A stretch of DNA of 63,747 nt, counting the filler, from Welwitschia mirabilis (Eukaryota), in assembly GCA_051453625.1 (NCBI GenBank). It is 5 parts of one record of this genome, joined end to end, with 100 filler letters (N's around TTAATTAATTAA, not from the genome) between each part and the next. Parts side by side here need not be neighbours in the genome. Positions count along the whole stretch, not along the records: positions 1 to 30,708 come from JBOZIK010000001.1; 4 more parts are not named here. The stretch is one strand, 5' to 3'. The notes under the pieces were generated by a model. That model had not been told where the DNA came from. It ran no database searches and saw only the letters and a list, made by a program, of their open reading frames with translations. Shown here one piece after another: positions 11,586 to 26,060 of this stretch; positions within the stretch are counted from its first letter, which is position 1, and every line of letters starts with the position of its first letter. The position numbers and the translations under genes are program-made.

Positions 11586-13719
11586 ATTACCCAAAACAAT
11601 AAACTAATTTATTCCTATATAAAGAACTACTAGGAAAAAGCTCTTATTCTATATCATGAAAATCAAATATAATCAATTTTTTAATACTATTTCTAGGGAT
11701 AATGACATGGTAGCTTCAGAGAAGGTACATGATGCAATGCTAAATTGTATGTATTTAATGGATTATTACAAGTTATTTTGTAGAACATTTATACATGTTT
11801 AGATGCAATTCAAATGATTATGAAGAGTTAATGGGATGATGATAGAAAAATGAAATTCTTAGAATATTTAAAAGTATTTCAAGAATATTCTAATATTAGT
11901 GCTTTGGAGGAAGATCAATGATACAAAAGGATGATTTCTCTTAAGCTAGAAAGATAAGAAAGATTTTCATCCCCATTGTCATTCCCACAATAGGTAGGAC
12001 AATAGCGCTTTAGTAACTATTTTAGATGATGACACGGAATAGAGCTAGAAGCCAATGAGTTCTCTTTTTTAATCATTCCCATGACATGTAGGATGATAAC
12101 TAATGACTCATCTACAATCATCCTTAGTGTGGTACTATGATAGTGAAGATGACACTAAAACAATTGGTCAACTTTCATTTGTTTCATTTGTTCCTTTTCT
12201 TGGATTTAGTGCATTTTTTAGTGCACTTTGAGCAATGGTTACACTTTCTTTGTTGTATAAATGAACCTCTTCTTTGATCCTTCTGTCATCTTTGATGTAT
12301 TAGAAATTATTATAATTAGAGATTAAAAGGCAAGAGATCCATCTTGAGTAGTTGCAGATAGATGTTTTCTTAGTGTTGGGCTATGCATCCTCCATTGAGG
12401 TATAGTTTCTTTATAACCTAGATGCTAGTTTGATAATATAAACTTTATTTTTCTTCTATTCATTAATACTTTTTAATATCCCTTATGATTTACATTGTTC
12501 TTGATTTAGGGATACTATTATTAATGATATAGATCATAAGAGAAACCTTTGTTAAGATTGGCGATACTAGTTTAGGAGCATTTCACATTACATTATATTT
12601 AAATTACTTGATATCTTAAGTTAGTCCCAGTTAGTAATAGTTTTTCTAGCTAATTTATATTATGTATGATAAATATTCTTAACAAGTCAATTTGGTAATT
12701 GGATAGTTGTTCATCTAGATTAAATTGACTTTGCATTGCATTGTGTGTTTATTTTCTTACATCATTGCATTAGGTTTAAGAGGATATAATATTTTTTTTC
12801 AAAATCAATTCTTCTTTGTCTTGTCTCACATGCCTTTAATAGGTTTATGACATTTGAGCCACTCCCACATATACTAGTATACCATATTTTCAATAGATTT
12901 ATTTGTGATTAATAGGATTTGATAAAAGATAGAACATTACAAAATTATCCACTGTAACATCTTGGCACTGTTACTAGGGAATGCTACTAAGGAGTATGAG
13001 GATTATCATTACTCAAGTAAGTAAATTAGATTTAATTCAAATATTTATCTTTAGTAACATTGTATTTGTAGTTAAAATCATAAGTTTATTTTTTGTAATT
13101 TTTGAATTTTTAGTCTATAAAAATACTTTGTCATTCCCTATGTCATCCACTCGACATTGAGGATAACATGCACAGATTTATTTTTTCTACAACTTTTTCC
13201 TTTAGGATTTTATGTATCTAGTTTTTATAGCATAATAATATGTCATATTCGTTGTTGTCCCCAAGACACATAGGATGATAGTGATGAATCTATTCTCTAT
13301 AATTCCTTCTTTCTATTATATAATTTTTTTCTATGATCATTTGTTAGTCATCCCATTCACGGTTAAAACAATATTCATTACACATCTTTTGAGTGTTAAG
13401 GATCTAGAAAATAAAACATCAAAGAAAGCAAAACTTAATCTTCACTGTGTACTTATCTTCCTTACTATCTTGAATTAGATCTATTATTTCATTCCTCTCA
13501 ATTACTTCAATGAATAGTGGTAAACTTGAAGAAATTCTTTTTGAAAAGAGGAGAAACTTAAAAACTATTGAGGATAATGGTAAGATAACAATTTAAGAAG
13601 TTTTTGCAAAAAGAGAAAGAACAATATAAAATGATAATGAAAGTAAGAACTGGGCTCCTTACTCTTTTTAACCTTCTTATTCTTTTTTTTTCTTTCTGTT
13701 AACTCTATATAGAATTGAC

Positions 13720-15080
13720 AACAATGAGTTTCCACATTTTAGGGATTCCACCTCATTTAGAGAAACTTCTTACAATTATTTTTACCAATCACATCCATCC
13801 TCCATAAATTACTATGAAGATGATCCATCTCCTATGAACTACTGTGAGGAAGAAAATGATCCAATGAAAGAAATGATTTATGAAACAAAGAAGAAAAAAC
13901 CTTGAAAATTTAATTAAGATCTTTTAATATATACTATTATAAAATCAAGGTTATTTTACAAGACAACATTCTCAAACCTGTCTTTCTTCATCCTAGCTTG
14001 AGGAAAATGAGAAGAACATAGAAACAAATGTCAGTGATTCTTTCTTTCAAATACAAAATAAAATTTTAAATTAATCTTCAACATTCTACTTATTAGAAGA
14101 TGAGCAAAGGAGACACAACAATGATACAACTCAATATTTTAACAATAATTATAAAGATGACCATTTATTAGATGATGATATTAAGGTGTTAGATTATATC
14201 CCTATAATCTATTTACTAGTAGATCATTTATATGAGAAATCCATTGATGAAAAATTTAAAAAAATTTTAATCTATGTTGAAGATGATGCTTACATTTATC
14301 TTCATAATCTTTTTGATAAATCTAACAATTTAGAGAATGAGAGCCATACTCCATAAAAGAAGGAAGATATAGTCACAAACAATGATGAGGAAAGTAAAGA
14401 AACAACCAAAAAAAATAATGATAAAGGTAATAATGAAGAAAATGATCATAATAAAGACTCATAGATATTTATTCAAACTTCATAGAGGATATACTTATTC
14501 ATTCTATCCATAATTTCCACCTATGCCTTTATGTATAACTTCAAACTACGTCCTTTCATTTCACTTCTACTTTCACTTTTATATTACCTTATGATCTTGA
14601 TAAGGATAACATTTCTCCATATCTTCCATCTAAATCTTCATATAATTCTCAAATACACCTTACTTTCTGTGACTTTCATCAAATCCATAATTTTAAATAG
14701 TTTATTTCTCCTATCTCTTAATCTCTTCCTTTTAAAAATTCATGTAATAGTTAAAGTAACATTCTTTCCTTTTTTACAAAGTCCACTTTATCTTATGTTT
14801 TTAATGATTATTCTTTTCAAAAGTTTGACTTAGAATATCTTGGAATTTTAAATTAGTATAAACCTCATCTTCTTGTTAATAATCCATGTTTAAAAATTAA
14901 TATTAAGGAGCTTCTCAATCTTATTAGACATTCTCAAAAGCCCTTAAAAACATCTTGGATTCATTTTTTAAGCTATGCCTTGAATGAATTTTGTAATGAT
15001 ACTTATGATTTATAATTTTTTAATAATATATTATTTATGAATGATATTTATCACTTCTTTGTCTCTTATTTGAATTCTAA
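13720..15080 (+). pseudogene. Eroded internal ORF of element A (gag C-terminus-like coiled coil, acidic tract, hydrophobic tail)
   Basis: Homologous to ~19830-21185 and ~33120-34480; reads ...NYYEDDPSPMNYCEEENDPMKEMI...KKEDIVTNNDEESKE... Confidence 0.55.
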
Positions 15081-17693
15081 AATGTGTTATTAAGTTTTAT
15101 CTTTTTACTCTCTCTTCCTCTAATTGATTTTACTCTAAAATAATTGTATATCTTTTATGTTTTATCAATTGGTGAAAATCTGGTTTGGTTCTTATTTTTC
15201 TGAAAGCATGTAATATCCCAAGGTCATAATATTAAGAATAAATATTTATATTTCTTTTTTTAATAAAAGTATTGAATAGATTTTAGATTTGAATAAAATT
15301 TATTTTTAGTTTACTTTGGCGTTTTCTTTTTGCTCTTATTTTTTTATGATTGTAACTTTGATTTTTATTTTAAAAAATAAATTTCTCTAGATGGTTAGAT
15401 TCTTATCTTTTAAAAATTGTACATCTTAAATGGCTCATTTGGATTATCTAACCTAAACACTTAGGAAATTCAGAGGTTAATGGACAAAGTTTAAAATTTA
15501 TTGAGATATCTCTTGATTAAACCTTGAACATGATAGAAGTACCTGTCTTGGATTTTTCTCCTACCATTTTCTAAATTCTTCCTTATTTTATTCTTGTGGT
15601 AAATATCATGCTACCACTTGATCATCTTTTAATTAACTAATGTTTACTTATGAAGTTATCATCACTACTAAATCTTTTAGCTGGGCATTTCTAAAGTGAT
15701 AAGCCTAAATTTACTAAATCTTAATACATTCATACATATATGAATTTTATTTTAAATTAAGATGTGTTGGTTATTTTATTCTCTCTCAATGATGTAATTC
15801 TTTAGTTATTTGGGTTCTTCCTTATTTCTTATCTCATTACTTCATCCTTATCCTTAAGAATATTTGATCATGTAACATTTATTTCGAAAAAAAAAAAGAA
15901 AGAAGAAAAGAGAAGAAATAAATAATGACCATGATATTTCATATTTGAGCTAAAACCATGGTCACCATGATATCCTATCACAAGCATATTGGGGTAAATT
16001 TTCCTAAGAGGAGCATTTGGCAATGTGATATGATAACTATGGAAACTCCACTAGGGGGTTAATTGTCCATGTTCTACAGGTTCTTACTACTGTGACAGTC
16101 ATTTCACTCACCTCACTGTGGAAAAATAATTTTACTTAGAGGCTACAGGATTAGTGATGTCCCTGGTACCATCAGAGGCACTAGTTTTCTAGACTTATTT
16201 TGCATATAATACTTCCACATGATCATTCTCCTTTTTTGGATTCTATTGTTGTTTTGGGGTGTGAGCGAGTGAGTTAATTTTTGAGTAACTTTTAATCTTA
16301 TCATACATTGATTGAAAACATTAGATATACTTAACATTATCATAATAATTATCCATTCGAGGGGTACTTTTTGAAGTTTTTTGCATTATGTCATGCATCA
16401 TTAATGAGGTGATTTTATGATTTATACAAAGGAACTTTGCTAGATTGGAATTTTTAGTAGGTAAAAAATCTTTTTCATGTTCCTACTTTTCCATTTTCAT
16501 TATTCTTTCTTAGATGTTTTGTTTGGAATTTTTAAAGTCATTTATGTATAGGACTTAATCATCAGGCAATTTTTGAAGTTTCTTTCTATTTTCACTCATA
16601 GACTTGATCATCATGTTATTTTTATTTTAGCACTTTGATTGATGTTTCTTTTTTTCTTTGATTGATGTATTCCTTTGATTTTATACTACTTTTTTTGTCA
16701 TTTCTTTTCTTTAATTTTTGCATAGATCTAGTTACAAAATCTTGAATTCTTATTACATTTAGAAAAATTTGAGGATTTTATTTAGCATTAATTTTCTTTC
16801 TTTGGTGCTTTATCATGGCTTAATCCTTTTATATTACTTGATCTTTTTCCTATTTTTGACTTCTTTATCATAACCCCTTGGATGATGCTTCTTAGCTTTT
16901 ACCTATTTTTTAGAATTTATGAAGACTTTATAAGGATTTATTAATGTTATTCTTAATTATCCAATTCTAGCTAGACTTTATTATTTTTCTAGATCATTCT
17001 TTTTCTGAGTGTCATTCCATGTATGTCATCTAGAAGACTAGGTGGACAACATAGCTCCTCTTAGCTTATTATAATATGAGATGTATTGATTCTTTTATTG
17101 GGGGAAAAGACTGATTTTTGTAAAATATTAAAGATATTTAAGTAAAAGGACCATTTTAAATTTTCATGACACATATGTATTACGCACTGATTAATATATG
17201 AATTTCATATGCATTATATGCATTATTTAGGAGGCCATAGTAGCATAGTTATAAAAATTTCTTATAAGTATGATCTAGGATATCAAGAAACCATGAACAA
17301 GGAAGTAATATTATGATTATTATTTAGATTTTTCTCTTTTATCTTGTATTTAACACTTACTAATAGATTTGTATAGATCATTTTGATTTATCATTGCTTA
17401 GTTTATATAAATCATTTTGAGTACCACTATCCTTGATTATGCATACAAATCATCATTTTCTAAAGCTATCATTATTACATATTATGATGCTTAGTATGTC
17501 TGAAATTAAATTTTTATATTGTAATATGTCAAATTATTTAAGTAGATGATTAACAAAGATGTTAGTACTTTTATTTTTTCTCATGATAATGTTTGTAACC
17601 ATCTAACTTTCATTCTGATTTTTCAATTCTATCATCCCCATTGTTGTCTAGATGATAAATAGAATAACATATCTCTTATGCATTCTACATAAT

Positions 17694-20600
17694 TATTGTA
17701 ATGCTAATTTGTAAAATTTTGATGAAGTATTCTGAGTACTTTTGCAAGACATTATACAGGTTCAAATGCAATTCTTATGATTATTAAGTTAATGGAATGA
17801 TAATAGAAACACATAATTTTTGACATATTTGGAGGCATTTTAGGCATATTCTAGTACTCAGTGTTTAAAGGAAAGATTGATGATCAAGAAAACTAATTTC
17901 CTTTAGCTAAAGAAGCCTTTAAAGGGTGTCATTCCCACTATTGTCCCCCATAATAGTTAGGACGATAGCACTATAGTATCCTATTGTAATAGCAACATGG
18001 ATTGGAGTTAGAAGCCAATAAGACATCTTTTCTAAGAAGGTTTCATTCCCATTGTTATTCCCATAACATAAGGGATAACAACACATCTAGAGTGAATTGT
18101 AGGATTGATTATGAATCTAAAAGCTAATGACTTACAAATTATTATGGTGCATCATCCCTAATATTATTTCCATGATAGTCAAGATGATAACTATTTTTGT
18201 ATAAATGGAATTAAATTATCTCATAATGAGGTCATGCATGCCACCTGGGGTACTAGAATTTATTCTCTAACTTCTAGGGTTATTGTTCTAGAACCTTTAA
18301 TGTAGAACTATAAATACCTCCTTTGTCCTCACTTCCAATTCATTCTTTATTCAGGATATTCTTATGATGAAAGATTAAAGGATAAGAGGTCTATCTAGTA
18401 GCTATAAAGAGAAGTTTACCTTGATATTAAGCTGATTTTCCTCTATTAAGGTAATTCCACTTTGTTCTAAGTAGATGTAAAAGTTAATAATTAATTCAAT
18501 TACTCTTTTTACTAATATTGTGTAAATGTCCCTTATAACTTAAGTTGATTATACTTTGGTGATATCTCTATAGTTTACTTAGATCCTAAGGGTAACCTTT
18601 GTTAAGATTGGATTTATTAGTTTAGATTTTCCATTGCATTCTATTTCATTTCATTTTCATATTTGCATTATTCATATTTGATTTAACATATCTTATAGTT
18701 TATGTTGGTTAGGAACAAGTAATAAACTTTTTCTAATTAATCTAAGGACTAATTCTTATGATAAGAGTATTGAAATCCAAATAGATTCACTACACTATCA
18801 TTTCATTCCTTACATTTTATCATCATTCATTTTGCATTACATTGCATTATTATTTACTTTCATTTACTAAAATTGAAAAGATTAAAATACTTTGTAAAAT
18901 CAATTTTCTAACTTTTAGCCTCGTGCCTTTAATGGATTATGACATTTGGGTTAACTCCCATCTATAATAGTGTGTGTTTTTTGCAAGTATTGTGATTTAT
19001 AGGTTTTTTCTAAGGACTTGAAGATTACATAAATTTATGTCACAACATTTTGGTATTGTTGTCAGGGAATGCTACAAGGAGCTATAGGATTGTTACTATC
19101 TAGATAAGTACATTGAATTTGAGTTTAGGTTATTTATTTTAAATATTACTATATTTTATTATAGTTTTATAGGATTATTTCTATAATTTTTATTTTTTAA
19201 GTATTAATAAGTACTAAATCCCATTTGTAATTACCACAACACTAATGACAATAATTCATATTTTTAGATTTTTCTTTTTCAACAAGTTTGTTTTTTAGTT
19301 TTTATGTTTATAGTTTTTATAGCATAATAATATGTTATTTTCACTATCATCCCCATGACACCTAGGATGACAATGGATATTTTTTTTCCTTACAACTTTG
19401 TTCTTCTATTATATAATTTTCCTTTTTCTCTATGATCATCCCATTAGTTATGCCTATGATGGTTAAAACAACAAAAATTACACATCTTTTGAGTTTTAAG
19501 GATTCAATAATTTTGATAAAATTATGAAATATTAAAGAGAGAAGAACTTGATCTATACTATCTACTTATTTTTCTTACCATCTTGAATTAGACTCTTTTA
19601 CTTTGTTCTTCTCAATTGCTTCAATGAATAGTAATAGAAGGACCCTTGGAAAAATTCATTTTAAAAGGATGAGAAACTTGAAAAATTTTGAGGACAATGG
19701 TAAGAAAGCACTTCAATATATTTTATCAAAAGAGGGAGAACAATACAAAATGATGTTAAAAGTAGTAATTGGACCCCTTACTCTTTTTAACCATTTTATT
19801 CTTTTTCCTCTTTTTTTCAAACTCTATATTAAAATGACAACAAGAATTTTTAACACTCTAGATATTCCACATCATTTAGAGAAACTTTCTACAATCATTT
19901 TTTTTTTTAATCCCAATAATCTCCCATGCATTATTAGGAAGAAGACCCATCACACTTAAACTACTACAAGGAATAAGATGATTTAATGAAAAAAATAATT
20001 AACAAAATGATAAAGCGACAAGAAAATACCAACAAAAACCTACAAAATTTAACTGAGATCTTATAATAAATACTATTATAGATTAAAGGTTCTTTTATAA
20101 TACAACATTCTCAAACCTATTCTATTTTATCCTATCTTGAGGAAAATGAGGAAAACTTATAAGTAATTGATAATCATCTTTTCTTTCAAAAATAAAATGA
20201 AAATTTGGATCAAAGTTCAACATCCTACTTATTAGGAGATGAGAAAAAGGAAGATAATTCAACTTAATTTTTTAACAATCAAGATAAAGATAATCAATCA
20301 TTAAATGATGATATTAAATTATTAGATTATATCCCTACCATCCACTTATTGTTAGATAATCTAGATGAGAAATCCATTCATGAAGAAATTAAAAACTTTT
20401 CAACCAATGAGAAAGATGATGCTTTTATTTCTTTTAATAATATTTTTGATGAATCTAATAATCTAGAGAATGAAAGCAACATTCAACAAGAGAAGGAAGA
20501 TATAGTTATACAAAAAGATGAGGAAAGTAAAAAAAAAACCTAATAAAATAATGATAAAGATAATAATGATGAAACTGATCATAATGAAGGTCCCATAGAG

Positions 20601-23600
20601 ATTCATTTAAATTTTGTATAGGATAGACTTCTTTATTGTCCTCATACTTCTACATCCTTTTCACCTATGCCTTCATATACAACTTCAAATCACATTCTTC
20701 CTTTTACTTCTACTTTTACTTTCACATTACCTTATGATCTTAATAATGATAACCTTCTCCCTCTCTTTTATTTAAACCTTCATGTAGTTCTCAAAGCCAT
20801 GTTCCTTTCCTTCACTTTCATAAAACTCATAATTGTGAAGAGTCCATTCCTCTTATCTCTAAATCTCTTTCTTTCAAAAATCCATGTGATACTCAAAGTA
20901 ATATACTTTAATGATTATTCCTTTCAAAAATTTGACTTGACATATCTTGAAATTTTAAATTGGGGTAAACCTTATCATCTTGATGATAATCCATGCTTAG
21001 AAATAAATCTTAAGGAGCTTTTTAATCTTATTAAACATTCTGAAAATCCCTTAAAAACATCTTGGATCCATTCTTTGACTAATACCTTGAATAAATTATA
21101 TAATGATACTCATGATTTAATTATTTTAATAAGAGAATATTTGTCAATAAATTTATTAATTCTTTATCTATTATTTGGATTCTAAAATTTGTTCTATCAA
21201 AGTTTTATCATTTGACTCTCTTTTTCTCTAATTGATTTTACCACAAAATGATTATATATCTTTGATGTTCTATTAATTGATTTCTATTTTGTTTGGTCCT
21301 TATTTTTCTTTAAAAAATATGTTACCTAAGTACACCTTTGATAGAACTAGTTAAATCTCTCAATAGTTTGGTTCTTATCGTTTAAAAAATTTACAACTTA
21401 AAATGGTTCAATTCAAACCTTCAACTTGGACACTTGGGAAATTTAGAAGTTAATGGATATAAGGTTAGAAATCATTGAAATATCTATTAGTTTAACCTTG
21501 AACATGATAGAATAACTTATCTTGTATTTTCCTCATACCATTATCTAAATTCTTTCTTAGCCAATTATTTTGATAAACATCATTCNNNNNNNNNNNNNNN
21601 NNNNNNNNNNNNNNNNNNNNNNNNNNNNNNNNNNNNNNNNNNNNNNNNNNNNNNNNNNNNNNNNNNNNNNNNNNNNNNNNNNNNNNNNNNNNNNNNNNNN
21701 NNNNNNNNNNNNNNNNNNNNNNNNNNNNNNNNNNNNNNNNNNNNNNNNNNNNNNNNNNNNNNNNNNNNNNNNNNNNNNNNNNNNNNNNNNNNNNNNNNNN
21801 NNNNNNNNNNNNNNNNNNNNNNNNNNNNNNNNNNNNNNNNNNNNNNNNNNNNNNNNNNNNNNNNNNNNNNNNNNNNNNNNNNNNNNNNNNNNNNNNNNNN
21901 NNNNNNNNNNNNNNNNNNNNNNNNNNNNNNNNNNNNNNNNNNNNNNNNNNNNNNNNNNNNNNNNNNNNNNNNNNNNNNNNNNNNNNNNNNNNNNNNNNNN
22001 NNNNNNNNNNNNNNNNNNNNNNNNNNNNNNNNNNNNNNNNNNNNNNNNNNNNNNNNNNNNNNNNNNNNNNNNNNNNNNNNNNNNNNNNNNNNNNNNNNNN
22101 NNNNNNNNNNNNNNNNNNNNNNNNNNNNNNNNNNNNNNNNNNNNNNNNNNNNNNNNNNNNNNNNNNNNNNNNNNNNNNNNNNNNNNNNNNNNNNNNNNNN
22201 NNNNNNNNNNNNNNNNNNNNNNNNNNNNNNNNNNNNNNNNNNNNNNNNNNNNNNNNNNNNNNNNNNNNNNNNNNNNNNNNNNNNNNNNNNNNNNNNNNNN
22301 NNNNNNNNNNNNNNNNNNNNNNNNNNNNNNNNNNNNNNNNNNNNNNNNNNNNNNNNNNNNNNNNNNNNNNNNNNNNNNNNNNNNNNNNNNNNNNNNNNNN
22401 NNNNNNNNNNNNNNNNNNNNNNNNNNNNNNNNNNNNNNNNNNNNNNNNNNNNNNNNNNNNNNNNNNNNNNNNNNNNNNNNNNNNNNNNNNNNNNNNNNNN
22501 NNNNNNNNNNNNNNNNNNNNNNNNNNNNNNNNACTTGGGTATTCTAAGTGATAAGATTGGATTCACTCAAGATTAAGACATTCACATATATATGAACTTA
22601 ATTTTAAAGGAAGATGCCTTGGTTTCCTTTATTTTCTTTCAATGATATGAGTCTTTAATTATTTTGGGTGTTTTTTATTGTTTCACATTTTATTACTTCA
22701 TCCTTACCCTTACGAGTACATGATCATATGAAAATTATTTTTTCAAAAATAAAAAAAAAAAGAATGGGGGAGGGAAAGGGGGGAAGAAAGGGGAGTTAAA
22801 AAAAAGGAAATAATTAATTAATGATCATGATATTTTGTATTTGACTTAAATCATGGTCATCATAATGTCCTACTACAAGTGAACTGCCAGGGGAAAGGGG
22901 GGTGGGGATTGACAATGTGATATGATAGCTATGATAACTCCACTGGGGGATTAGTTAGCCATTCTTTGTAGGTCCTTACTCTGCTAACAATGGTTGCACT
23001 CCCTTCATCATAGAAAATTAATTTTTAGTTAGATTTCATAAAATTAGTAATGTCCTTGGTATCATCATAGGCATTACTTGTTTGCTAGACCCATTTTTGC
23101 ATATAGCAATTCCACATGACCATTCTACTTTTTTAGTTGCTAGTGTTATTTTAGGATATGAGTAAGAAAGTTCATTTCTAAGCCACATTTAATATTATCA
23201 TTTATTAATTAAAAAATTAGATATAGTTGGTCTTTTCATAATCATTACCTATTGAAGTGGTACTTTATGTGTTTTTTCCCTGTTATGCCATGCATCATTA
23301 TCAAGTGGTTTTATGTTTCTACCAGGGGGTTTTGCAAGGTTAAAATTTTGGGAAGATAAACAATCTTCTTCATGATCATAGTTGTCCATTCTAATTATTT
23401 CTTTCTTAGTTATTTTGTTTGGAATTTTCAAAGTCATTTATGTATATTTTTTCATATAATACTTAGGACTTCCTCATTTGGTAGTTTTCTGGTTGTCTTT
23501 TTATTTTCACTTATAGTTTTTATTTATAAGGGTTGTTTTTCTTTTATCACTTTAATTGATGCATTTCTTTCACTTTTATTGATGTATTTCTTTTATTTTA

Positions 23601-26060
23601 TGTTAATGTTTTTTTTCATTTATTTACTTTTAATTTTCATACATTCACTTAGAAAATATTGAATGCTTATTATGTTTGAGGTACATTTAAGGAGTTCTTC
23701 TGAGCATTACTTCCTTATATTGAGTGAATTATTATGGTCTCATAAGATTCTTTCATCATGGTTATGTTTTTAAAGATAATTCTTCACTTTTTAACTTCTT
23801 CTTATTTTTTTGCTACTTTCCTAATGCTTGATTGCTTTCAAATTTTTCCTGGTTTTTTGTATCTTTTCAACATCTCATTTGATCAGTGTTTCTTATGTCT
23901 ATCATTCTCATGTCATATAAAATAATAATCATCCTTTTTACTTGTTACAATTTGGGATGTCTTGCTTCACCTGAGTGGGTGGGGGAGGGACAAGATATCT
24001 TTTTAATCTTCTTGAAATATATTAAGAAAAACTTTAAATTTAAATGGATTATTTTTAACTTTTATAAAACATATTTGTAATGAGTTATTTGGATATGATT
24101 TCATGTTACTTGAATAAAATTTCATGGACATTATCTAGAAGTGCACAATAGCACACTTTTAGAACTTTTCTATAGCTATGTTTCAAAACATTTAAAACAT
24201 CTTTAATAAGGGAAAAGAATGTTATGATTACTCTTTTTACTTTATCCCTTATAGAATACATTAATGAAACTTCTTTGCATCATTTTCAGTTATCACTATT
24301 GAATTTTATACATCAGTTTCAGTATCACTATATTGAATTATGCATACACATTATTACTTTCTATGCTATCATTATTATATTTTATGAATTTTTTTATGTG
24401 TATATGACATTCATTTGTTCTATTGTGATATGTTTAAGTAGGGGGCTTATGAATATGTTAGTATTTGTATTATTTAATTGGTTTTAATGTCTATTCTAAC
24501 TAGGTAAAATTTAAACTTAAAATTACATTTTTCTAGTTGTAATTATCTTAGAGAAGTTGGCTCATAATATAGTTAGTTACTCACTTTGTCAGGGACTAAT
24601 AAGCTAAAGTAGGGGACTATGTTGTGATGCTAATTTGTAGGATTTTCATGGGATATTTTTAGTACTTTTATAAGATATTTATATAGATTTAGGTGGTTCC
24701 TTTCTTAATTACATTATACAACTATGGGATGCATTTGTGCTGGGGGTTGAGATTAGTCAGAAGCAGAGGAAGCTCATATATTAATTATGGAGAGTTAATG
24801 GGATGAGCATGGAAAAACATAATTCTTGATATATTTGGAGATATTTTAGGCATATTCTAGTACTTAGTATTTAAGATAAAGATTAATGATAAAGGAGGTG
24901 GATTTATTTTAGCTAAAAAATATTTTAAAGGATGTTGTCCATACTGTCATCCCCATGATAGTTAGAACAACAGCACTATAGTGGTCTATTGTGACAGTGA
25001 TGTAAACTAGAATTAGAATACAACTAGCCCCCTTTTCTAAGGAGGTATCATCTCCATTTTTACCTCCATAACATAAGGGATGAAAATACATCTAGAGCTA
25101 ACTATAGAGCTGATTGCAAAGCTATACGTTAATGACTTATCTACTATTATAGGACATTGTCCCCAATGTTATCCCCACGATAGTGAAGATGACAACTATT
25201 TTTATATAAATGGAAGTAAATTATCTTATAATGAGGTCATGCACCCCATCTAGGCTTCTAGGGTTTTTTTCGCTAACTTCTAGGGTTACATCTCTAGAAT
25301 CTTTAATGTAAAACTATAAAAACCTTTCTTTTTCTTACTTCTAATTCATATTTTATATTTGATATTATTGTGATAGAAGATTGAAGGATAATAGATTTAT
25401 CTAGTAGCTATAGAGAGAAGTTTACCTTAATGTTAGATTAAGTATCCTCCACTAAGGTTCTGCTACTTTCTTATAAGTGGATGTAAAAGTTTCTAATTAA
25501 TTAAATTACTTTTTTTCACTACCATTTTGTAAATGTTCCTTATAGTTTAAGTTGGTTATAGTTTTATGACAAATCTATAGTTTATTTATATCATAAGAGC
25601 AACCTTTGTTAAGGTTAACTTTATCAGATTATATTTTTCAGTGCATTCTATTTCATTCCATTTTCATGTTTGCATTATTCATATTCTACTTGGCATATCT
25701 TATAGTTTATATTGGTTATAAATAAGTGATAAACTCTTTCTAATTAATCTAAGTTATAAGAACTAATTCTTGTAACAGGAGGAGTGGAACCCAAATAGAT
25801 TCACTACACTTGTACTTAATCCATTGCATTTCATCATCATTCATTTTGTATTACCTTACATTATTGTTTACTTTTATTTACTAATATAGAAAAGACTAAA
25901 ATACTTGTGAAATCAAAATTATAACTTTTAGCCTAGTTCCTTCAATGGATTATGATATTTAAATTGACTCTCATCTATAGTAGTATGTGTCTTCTTCAAG
26001 TATTATGATTTATAGGTTTTGCCTATAGACTTAGATATTGCATAAATTCACATCGCAATA
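17694..26060 (+). mobile_element. Athila-like non-autonomous LTR element B (LTRs 17694-19047 and 24620-26060), nested in element A
   Basis: Paired homologous LTRs. PBS TGGTATTGTTGTCAGGGA at 19051 and purine tract AAGTAGGGGA before 24620. Its flanks (cattctac / agagttattatattg) rejoin to match the uninterrupted sequence of element C at ~37110-37135. Confidence 0.85.
19830..21185 (+). pseudogene. Eroded internal ORF of element B
   Basis: Includes DLMKKIINKMIKRQENTNKNLQNLTEIL**ILL*IKGSF plus ORF-track pieces 20349-20543 (acidic) and 20667-21185. Many stops are TAA/TAG, consistent with mutated Gln codons. Confidence 0.6.
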
